A stretch of 64,000 nucleotides of DNA. Source: Eledone cirrhosa. Taxonomy: Eukaryota. A program made the translations under genes and the position numbers. Under the pieces are notes generated by a model. It worked only from the letters and a program-made list of their open reading frames with translations, was not told the DNA's origin and did no database searches. The DNA lies in assembly GCA_964016885.1 (NCBI GenBank), contig OZ024742.1:374914001-374978000 (forward strand). Reading direction: 5' to 3'. Numbering within the stretch: position 1 is the stretch's first letter; each line of letters opens with the position of its first letter. Below, piece after piece: positions 52,501 through 62,879 of the stretch.

Positions 52501-55500
52501 ACAGTGTATGGTGACATTACAGGGTTGTAGGGGCATTGACAGTGTCAGGTGACCTTACAGGGTGGTAGGAGTATTGACAGTGTATGGTGGCCCTACAGGG
52601 TGGTAGGGGTATTGACAGTGTAGTGTGACCCTACAGGGTCGTAGGGGCATTGACAGTGTATGGTGACTCTACAGGGTGGCAGGGGAATTGACAGTGTATG
52701 GTGACACTAAACGGTGGTAGGGGTATTGACAGTGTATGGTGACCTTACAGGGTGGTAGGGGCATTGACAGTGTATGGTGGCCCTACAGGGTGGTAGGTGA
52801 ATTAACAGTGTATGGTGACCCTACAGGGTGGTAGGTGCATTGACAGTGTCTGCTGACCTTACAGGGTGGTGGTGGTGTTGACAGTGTCTGATGACCTTAC
52901 AGGGTGGTAGGGGTATTGACAGTGTCTGCTGACGTTACAGGGTGGTAGGGGCATTGACAGTGTCTGGTGACCTTACAGGGTGGTAGGGGCATTGACAGTG
53001 TCTGGTGATATTACAGGGTGGTAGGGGCATTGACAGTGTCTGGTCACCTTACAGGGTGGTAGGAGTATTGACAGTGTATGCTGAGCTTACAGGGTGGAAG
53101 GGGCATTGACAGTGTCTGTTGACTCTATCGAGTGTTAAGGGCATTGACAGTGTATGCTGCCCTTACAGGTAGGTAGGGGCATTGACAGTGTCTGGTGACC
53201 TTACAGGGTGGTAGGGGCATTGACAATGTCTGGTGACCTTACAGGGTTGTAGGGGCATTGACAGTGTCAGGTGACCTTACAGGGTGGTAGGAGTATTGAC
53301 AGTGTATGGTGAGCTTACAGGGTTGTAGGGGTATTGACAGTGTATGGTGACCTTACAGAGTGGTAGGGGTATTGACATTTTCTGGTGACCTTACAGGGTG
53401 GTAGGGGCATTGACAGTGTATGGTGACCTTAAAGTGTGGTAGGGGCATTGACAATGTCTGGTGAACCTACAGGGTGGTAGGGGTCTTGACAGTGTCTGGT
53501 GAACTTACAGGGTGGTAGGGGTATTGACATTGTCTGGTGACCTTACAGGGTGGTAGGGATATTGACAGTGTATGGTGACCTTAAAGTGTGGTAGGGGCAT
53601 TGACAGTGTCTGGTGACCTTACAGGGTAGTAGGGGTGTTGACAGTGTCTGATGACCTTACAGGGTGGTATGGGTATTGACAGTGTCTGGTGACGTTACAG
53701 GGTGGTAGGGGTATTGACAGTGTTTGGTGACCTTACAGGGTGGTAGGGGTATTAACAGTGTCTGGTGACCTTACAGGGTGGTAGGGGTATTGACAGTGTG
53801 TGGTGACCCTACAGGGTGTTGGGGGCATTGAGTGTGTCTGGTGACCTTACAGGGTGGTAGGGGTCTTGACAGTGTCTGGTTAACTTACAGGGTGGTAGGG
53901 GTATTGACAGTGTCTGGTGACCTTACAGGGTGGTAGGGGTATTGACAGTGTATGGTGACCTTAAATTTGGTAGGGGCATTGACAGTGTCTGGTGACCTGA
54001 CAGGGTGGTAGGGGTGTTGACAGTGTATGGTGACCCTATAGGGGGGTAGGTGTGTTGACAGTGTCTGGTGACCTTACAGCGTGGTAGGGGTATTGACAGT
54101 GTCTGATGACCTTACAGGGTGGTAGGGGTATTGACAGTGTCTGGTGACCTTACAGGGTGGTAGGGGTATTGACAGTGTATGGTGACCTTAAAGTTTGGTA
54201 GGGGCATTGACAGTGTATGGTGACCTTACAGGGTGGTAGGGGTATTGACAGTGTCTGATGACCTTACAGGGTGGTAGGGGTATTGACAGTGTCTGGTGAC
54301 CTTACAGGGCGGTAGGGGTATTGACAGTGTATGGTGACCTTAAAGTTTGGTAGGGGCATTGACAGTGTATGGTGACCTTACAGGGTGGTAGGGGTATTGA
54401 CAGTGTCTGATGACCTTACAGGGTGGTAGGGGTATTGACAGTGTCTGGTGACCTTACAGGGTGGTAGGGGTATTGACAGTGTATGGTGACCTTAAAGTTT
54501 GGTAGGGGCATTGACAGTGTATGGTGACCTTACAGGGTGGTAGGGGTATTGACAGTGTCTGATGACCTTACAGCGTGGTAGGGGTATTGACAGTGTCTGA
54601 TGACCTTACAGGGTGGTAGGGGTATTGACAGTGTCTGATGACCTTACAGGGTGGTAGGGGTATTGACAGTGTCTGGTGACCTTACAGGGTGGTAGGGGTA
54701 TTGACAGTGTTTGGTGATCTTACAGGGTGGTAGGGGCATTGACAGTGTCTGGTGATCTTACAGGGTGGTAGGGGCATTGACAGTGTATGGTGACGCTACA
54801 GGGTGGTAGGGGTGTTGACGATGTCTGGTGAACTTACAGGGTGGTAGGGGTGTTGACAGTGTCTAGTGACCTTAGAGGGTGGTAGGGGCATTGACAGTGT
54901 CTGGTGACCCTACAGGGTGGTAGGGGTATTGACAGTGTCTGGTGACCCTACAGGGTGGTAGGTGTACTGACAGAGTCTGGTGACCTTACAGGGTGGTAGG
55001 GGTATTGACAGTGTATGGTGACTCTACATGGTGCTAGGGGCATTGACAGTGTATGGTCACCCTATAGGCTGGTAGGGGCATTGACAGTTTATGGTGACCT
55101 TACAGGGTGGTAGGGGCATTGACAGTGTATGGTGACACTACAGGGTGGTAGGGGCATTGACAGTGTATGGTGACCTTACAGGGTGGTAGGGGCATTGACA
55201 GTTTATGGTGACCTTACAGGGTGGTAGGGGCATTGACAGTGTATGGTGACATTACAGGGTGGTAGGGGCATTGACAGTGTATGGTGACCCTACAGGGTGG
55301 TAGGTGTATTGACAGTGTATGGTGAGCCTACAGGGTGGTAGGTGCATTGACAGTGTATGGTGACCTTACAGGGTGGTAGGGGTATTGGCAGTGTATGGTG
55401 AACCTACAGGGTGGTAGGGGCATTGACAGTGTATGGTGACCTTACAGGGTGGTAGGGGTATTGACAGTGTCGGTGACCTTACAGGGTGGTAGGGGTATTG

Positions 55501-56300
55501 ACAGTGTATGGTGACACTACAGGGTGGTAGGGGCATTGACAGTGTATGGTGACCTTACAGGGTGGTAGGGGCATTGACAGTTTATGGTGAACTTACAGGG
55601 TGGTAGGGGCATTGACAGTGTATGGTGACATTACAGGGTGGTAGGGGCATTGACAGTGTATGGTGACCCTACAGGGTGGTAGGTGTATTGACAGTGTATG
55701 GTGAGCCTACAGGGTGGTAGGGGTATTGACAGTGTCTGGTGACCTTAGAGGGTGGTAGGGGTATTGACAGTGTATGGTGACCTTACAGGGTGGTAGGGGC
55801 ATTGACAGTGTCTGGTGACATTACAGGCTGGTAGGGGTCTTGACAGTGTCTGGTGACCTTACAGCGTGGTAGGGGTATTGACAGTGTCTGGTGACCCTAC
55901 AGGGTGATAGGGGTTTTGATAGTGTATGGCGACCATACAGGGTGGTAGGGGCATTGAGAGTGTAGGGTGATCCTACAGGGTCGTAGGGGCATTGACAGTG
56001 TATGGTGACCCTACAGGGTGGTAGGGGCATTGACAGTGTATGGTGGCCCTACAGGGTGGTAGGGGTATTGACAGTGTAGGGTGACCCTACAGGGTGGTAG
56101 GTGCATTGACAGTGTCTGCTGACCTTACAGGGTGGTGGTGGTGTTGACAGTGTCTGATGACCTTACAGGGTGGTAGGGGTATTGACAGTGTCTGCTGACG
56201 TTACAGGGTGGTAGGGGCATTGACAGTGTCTGGTGACCTTACAGGGTGGTAGGGGTATTGACAGTGTCTGGTGACATTACAGGGTGGTAGGGGCATTGAC
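43600..56300. repeat. ~3.0-3.4 kb (79-90 monomer) higher-order repeat, about 4 tandem copies
   Basis: CTATCGAG at 43629, 47047, 50048, 53125 (periods 3418, 3001, 3077). First marker of the AAAGTTTGG triplet at 44618, 47999, 51076, 54190 (3381, 3077, 3114). 37-bp GTGTCGGTGA unit at 45861, 49280, 52357, 55471 (3419, 3077, 3114). Confidence 0.92.
44500..45000. repeat. Second local 4-monomer (152 bp) higher-order repeat, 3 copies, carried in each copy of the 3-kb HOR
   Basis: AAAGTTTGG at 44618, 44770, 44922; 47999, 48151, 48303; 51076, 51228, 51380; 54190, 54342, 54494. The period is 152 in every set. Confidence 0.92.
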
Positions 56301-59300
56301 AGTGTCTGGTCACCTTACAGGGTGGTAGGAGTATTGACAGTTACTGGTGACCTTACAGGGTGGAAGGGGCATTGACAGTGTCTAGTGACCTTGCAGGGTG
56401 GTAGGGGCATTGACAGTCTCTGGTGACCTTACACGGTGGTAGGGGTATTGACAGTGTCTGGTGACCTTACAGGGTGGTAGGGGCATTGACATTTTCTGGT
56501 GACATTACAGGGTGGTAGGGGCATCGACAGTGTGTGGTGACTCTACAGGGTGTTAGGGGCATTGAGAGTGTCTGGTCACTTTACAGGGTGGTAGGGGTAT
56601 TGACAGTGTCTGGTGACCTTACAGGGTGGTAGGGGTATTGACAGTGTATGGTGACCTTACAGGGTGGTAGGGGTATTGACAGTGTCTGGTGACCTTACAG
56701 GCTGGTAGGGGTATTGACAGTGTCTGGTGACCTTACAGCCAGTAGGGGTCTTGACAGTGTCTGGTGACCTTAGAGGGTGGTAGGGGTATTGACAGTGTCT
56801 GGTGACCTTACAGGGTGGTCGGGGTATTGACAGTGTATGGTGACCTTAAAGGATGGTAGGGGCATTGACAGTGTCTGGTGACCTTACAGGGTGGTAGGTG
56901 TGTTGACAGTGTCTGATGACCTTACAGGGTGGTAGGGGTATTGACAGTGTCTGGTGACGTTACAGGGTGGTAGGGGTATTGACAGTGTTTGGTGACCTTA
57001 CAGGGTGGTAGGGGAATTGACAGTGTATGGTGACCTTACAGGGTGGTTGGGGCATTGACAGTGTCTGGTGACCTTACAGGGTGGTAGGGGTATTGACAGT
57101 GTTTGGTGATCTTACAGGGTGGTAGGGGCATTGACAGTGTCTGTTGACCCTACAGGGTGGTTGCGGTATTGACAGTGTATGGTGAACTTACAGGGTGGTA
57201 GGAGTATTGACAGTCTATGGTGACCCTACAGGGTGGTAGGGGCATTGACAGTGTATGGTGACCTTACAGGGTGGTAGGGGTATTGACAATGTATAGTGAC
57301 CCTACAGAGTGGTAGGGGCATTGACAGTGTATGGTGAACCTACAGGGTGGTAGGAGTATTGACAGTGTATGGTGAGCCTACAGGGTGTTAGGTGCATTGA
57401 CAGTGTATGGTGACCTTACAGGGTGGTAGGGGTATTGACAGTGTATGGTGAACTTACAGGGTGGTAGGAGTATTGACAGTCTATGGTGACCCTACAGGGT
57501 GGTAGGGGCATTGACAGTGTATGGTGACCTTACAGGGTGGTAGGGGTATTGACAATGTATAGTGACCCTACAGGGTGGTTGGGGCATTGACAGTGTCTGG
57601 TGACCTTACAGGGTGGTAGTGGCATTGACAGTGTCTGGTGATCTTACAGGGTGGTAGGGGCATTGACAGTGTATGGTGACGCTACAGGGTGGTAGGGGTG
57701 TTGACGATGTCTGGTGAACTTACAGGGTGGTAGGGGTATTGACAGTGTCTAGTGACCTTAGAGGGTGGTAGGGGCATTGACAGTGTCTGGTGACCCTACA
57801 GGGTGGTAGGGGTATTGACAGTGTCTGGTGACCCTACAGGGTGGTAGGTGTACTGACAGAGTCTGGTGACCTTACAGGGTGGTAGGGGTATTGACAGTGT
57901 ATGGTGACTCTACATGGTGCTAGGGGCATTGACAGTGTATGGTCACCCTATAGGCTGGTAGGGGCATTGACAGTTTATGGTGACCTTACAGGGTGGTAGG
58001 GGCATTGACAGTGTATGGTGACACTACAGGGTGGTAGGGGCATTGACAGTTTATGGTGACCTTACAGGGTGGTAGGGGCATTGACAGTGTATGGTGACGT
58101 TACAGGGTGGTAGGGGCATTGACAGTGTATGGTGACCCTACAGGGTGGTAGGTGTATTGACAGTGTATGGTGAGCCTACAGGGTGGTAGGTGCATTGACA
58201 GTGTATGGTGACCTTACAGGGTGGTAGGGGTATTGGCAGTGTATGGTGAACCTACAGGGTGGTAGGGGCATTGACAGTGTATGGTGACCTTACAGGGTGG
58301 TAGGGGTATTGACAGTGTCGGTGACCTTACAGGGTGGTAGGGGTATTGACAGTGTATGGTGACACTACAGGGTGGTAGGGGCATTGACAGTGTATGGTGA
58401 CCTTACAGGGTGGTAGGGGCATTGACAGTTTATGGTGACCTTACAGGGTGGTAGGGGCATTGACAGTGTATGGTGACATTACAGGGTGGTAGGAGCATTG
58501 ACAGTGTATGGTGACCCTACAGGGTGGTAGGTGTATTGACAGTGTATGGTGAGCCTACAGGGTGGTAGGTGCATTGACAGTGTATGGTGACCTTACAGGG
58601 TGGTAGGGGTATTGACAGTGTCTGGTGACCTTAGAGGGTGGTAGGGGTATTGACAGTGTATGGTGACCTTACAGGGTGGTAGGGGCATTGACAGTGTCTG
58701 GTGACATTACAGGCTGGTAGGGGTCTTGACAGTGTCTGGTGACCTTACAGCGTGGTAGGGGTATTGACAGTGTCTGGTGACCCTACAGGGTGATAGGGGT
58801 TTTGATAGTGTATGGCGACCATACAGGGTGGTAGGGGCATTGACAGTGTAGGGTGATCCTACAGGGTCGTAGGGGCATTGACAGTGTATGGTGACCCTAC
58901 AGGGTGGTAGGGGCATTGACAGTGTATGGTGGCCCTACAGGGTGGTAGGGGTATTGACAGTGTAGGGTGACCCTACAGGGTGGTAGGTGCATTGACAGTG
59001 TCTGCTGACCTTACAGGGTGGTGGTGGTGTTGACAGTGTCTGATGACCTTACAGGGTGGTAGGGGTATTGACAGTGTCTGCTGACGTTACAGGGTGGTAG
59101 GGGCATTGACAGTGTCTGGTGACCTTACAGGGTGGTAGGGGTATTGACAGTGTCTGGTGACATTACAGGGTGGTAGGGGCATTGACAGTGTCTGGTCACC
59201 TTACAGGGTGGTAGGAGTATTGACAGTTACTGGTGACCTTACAGGGTGGAAGGGGCATTGACAGTGTCTAGTGACCTTGCAGGGTGGTAGGGGCATTGAC

Positions 59301-60330
59301 AGTCTCTGGTGACCTTACACGGTGGTAGGGGTATTGACAGTGTCTGGTGACCTTACAGGGTGGTAGGGGCATTGACATTTTCTGGTGACATTACAGGGTG
59401 GTAGGGGCATCGACAGTGTGTGGTGACTCTACAGGGTGTTAGGGGCATTGAGAGTGTCTGGTCACTTTACAGGGTGGTAGGGGTATTGACAGTGTCTGGT
59501 GACCTTACAGGGTGGTAGGGGTATTGACAGTGTATGGTGACCTTACAGGGTGGTAGGGGTATTGACAGTGTCTGGTGACCTTACAGGCTGGTAGGGGTAT
59601 TGACAGTGTCTGGTGACCTTACAGCCAGTAGGGGTCTTGACAGTGTCTGGTGACCTTAGAGGGTGGTAGGGGTATTGACAGTGTCTGGTGACCTTACAGG
59701 GTGGTCGGGGTATTGACAGTGTATGGTGACCTTAAAGGATGGTAGGGGCATTGACAGTGTCTGGTGACCTTACAGGGTGGTAGGTGTGTTGACAGTGTCT
59801 GATGACCTTACAGGGTGGTAGGGGTATTGACAGTGTCTGGTGACGTTACAGGGTGGTAGGGGTATTGACAGTGTTTGGTGACCTTACAGGGTGGTAGAGG
59901 AATTGACAGTGTATGGTGACCTTACAGGGTGGTTGGGGCATTGACAGTGTCTGGTGACCTTACAGGGTGGTAGGGGTATTGACAGTGTTTGGTGATCTTA
60001 CAGGGTGGTAGGGGCATTGACAGTGTCTGTTGACCCTACAGGGTGGTTGCGGTATTGACAGTGTATGGTGAACTTACAGGGTGGTAGGAGTATTGACAGT
60101 CTATGGTGACCCTACAGGGTGGTAGGGGCATTGACAGTGTATGGTGACCTTACAGGGTGGTAGGGGTATTGACAATGTATAGTGACCCTACAGAGTGGTA
60201 GGGGCATTGACAGTGTATGGTGAACCTACAGGGTGGTAGGAGTATTGACAGTGTATGGTGAGCCTACAGGGTGTTAGGTGCATTGACAGTGTATGGTGAC
60301 CTTACAGGGTGGTAGGGGTATTGACAGTGT
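54730..60330. repeat. Tandem duplication of a 76-monomer (2,886 bp) block (~54.7-57.6 kb and ~57.6-60.3 kb)
   Basis: GACGATG at 54817/57703, ACAGCCAGTAGG at 56735/59621 and the ORF-track pair 55821/58707 are all offset by 2886 (76 x 38 - 2). Confidence 0.93.
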
Positions 60331-62879
60331 ATGGTGAACCTGCGGGGTGGTAGGGGTATTGACAGTGTATGGTGATCCTGCAGGGTGGTAGGGGCATTGA
60401 CATTGTATGGTGACCCTACAGGGCGGTAGGGGCATTGACAGTGTATGGTGACCTTACAGGGTGGTAGGGGTATTGACAGTGTCTGGTGACCTTACATTGT
60501 GGTAGGGGTATTGACAGTGTATGGTGACCTTACAGGGTGGTAGGGGCATTGACAGTGTCTGGTGACCTTACAGGTTGGTGGGGGTGTTGACAGTGTCTGG
60601 TGACTTGACAGGGTGGTAGGGGTATTGACAGTGTCTGGTGACCTTACAGGGTGGTAGTGGTATTGACAGTGTCTGGTGACCTTACAGGGTGGTAGTGGCA
60701 TTGACAGTGTCTGGTGACCTTACAGGGTGGTAGGGGTGTTGACGATGTCTGGTGAACTTACAGGGTGGTAGGGGTGCTGACAGTGTCTGGTGACCCGACA
60801 GGGTGATAGGGGTATTGATAGTGTATGGCGACCCTACAGGGTGGTAGGGGGATTGACAGTGTATGGTGGCCCTACAGGGTGGTAGGGGTATTGACAGTGT
60901 ATGGTGACCCTACAGGGTGGTAGGGGCATTGACAGTGTATGGTGACCTTACAGGTGGTAGGGGTATTGACAGTGTATGGTGACCCTTCAGGGGGGTAGGG
61001 GTATTGACAGTGTATGGTGACCTTACAGGTTGGTAGGGGCATTGACAGTGTCTGGTGGCTTTACAGGGTGGTAGGGGCATTGACAGTGTCTGGTGACCTT
61101 ACAGGGCGGTAAGGGCATTGACAGTGTCTGGTGACCTTACAGGGTGGTAGGAGTATTGACAGTGTATGGTGAGCTTACAGGGTGGTAGGGGCATTGACAG
61201 TGTGTGGTGACCTTACAGGGTGGTAGGGGCATTGACAGTGTCTGGTGACCTTACAGTGTGGTAGGGGTGTTGACAGTGTCTTGTGACCTTACAGGGTGGT
61301 AGGAGTATTGACAGTGTATGGTGAGCTTACAGGGTGGTAGGGGCATTGACAGTGTGTGGTGACCTTACAGGGAGGTAGGGGCATTGACATTTTCTCGTGA
61401 CCTTACAGGGTGGTAGGGGTATTGACAGTGTATGGTGACCTTACAGGGTGGTAGGGGTATTGACAGTGTATGGTGACCTTACAGGGTGGTAGGAGTATTG
61501 ACAGTGTCTGGTGACCTTACAGGGTGGTAGGGGTATTGACAGTGTATGGTGACCCTACAGGGTGGTAGGGGCATTGACAGTGTATGGTGACCCTACAGGG
61601 TGGTAGGAGTATTGACAGTGTATGGTGAGCCTACAGGGTGGTAGGTGCATTGACAGTGTATGGTGACCTTACAGGGTGGTATGGGTATTGACAGTGTATG
61701 GTGAACCTGCGGGGTGGTAGGGGTATTGATAGTGTATGGTGATCCTACAGGGTGGTAGGGGCATTGACAGTGTATGGTGACGTTACAGGGTGGTAGGTGT
61801 ATTGACAGTGTATGGTGAACTTACAGGGTGGTAGGGGTATTGACACTCTATGGTGACCCTACAGTGTGGTAGGGGTATTGACAGTGTCTGGTGACCCTAG
61901 AGGGTGGTAGGGGCATTGACAGTGTATGGTGGCCTTACAGGGTGGTAGGGGTATTGACAGTGTATGGTGACCCTTCAGGGTGGTAGGGGTATTGACAGTG
62001 TATGGTGACCTTACAGGTTGGTATTGGCATTGACAGTGTCTGGTGGCCTTACAGGGTGGTAGGGGCATTGACAGTGTCTGGTGACCTTACAGGGCGGCAA
62101 GGGCATTGACAGTGTCTGGTGACCTTACAGGGTGGTAGGAGTATTGACAGTGTCTGGTGACCTTACAGGGTGGTAGGGGTATTGACAGTGTCTTGTAACC
62201 TTACAGGGTGGTAGGTGTATTGACAGTGTATGGTGAGCTTACAGGGTGGTAGGGTCATTGACAGTGTGTGGTGACCTTACAGGGAGGTAGGGGCATCGAC
62301 ATTTTCTGGTGACCTTACAGGGTGGTAGGGGCATTGACAGTGTCTGGTCACCTTACAGGGTGGTAGGAGTATTGACAGTGTATGGTGAGCTTACAGGGTG
62401 GAAGGGGCATTGACAGTGTCTAGTGACCTTGAAGGGTGGTAGGGGCATTGACAGTCTCTGGGGACCTTACAGGGTGGTAGGGGTATTGACAGTGTCTGGT
62501 GACCTTACAGGGTGGTAGGGGCATTGACATTTTCTGGTGACCTTACAGGGTGGTAGGGGTATTGACAGTATATGGTGACCTTACAGGGTGGTAGGGGTAT
62601 TGACAGTGTTTGGTGACCTTACAGGCTGGTAGGGGTATTGACAGTGTCTGGTGACCTTACAGCCTGGTAGGGGTCTTGACAGTGTCTGGTGACCTTAGAG
62701 GGTGGTAGGGGTATTGACAGTGTCTGGTGACCTTACAGGGTGGTCGGGTATTGACAGTGTATGGTGACCTTAAAGGGTGGTAGGGGCATTGACAGTGTCT
62801 GGTGACCTTACAGGGTGGTAGGTGTGTTGACAGTGTCTGATGACCTTACAGGGTGGTAGGGGTATTGACAGTGTCTGGT

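Noticed and set aside
3547-62068. Thirteen minus-strand ORFs encoding Cys/His/Pro-rich repeats (MPLPPCKVTRHCQYPYHPVRSP...)
   Set aside because: They are repeat artefacts. Because 38 is not divisible by 3, translation cycles through all frames every 3 monomers (38 codons) and hits TAA/TAG (reverse complement of TTA/CTA in CC[T/C]TACAG). ORFs reach 69-71 or 107 aa (69+38) only where chance variants remove one or two stops. The C/H spacing does not form a credible zinc-finger domain.
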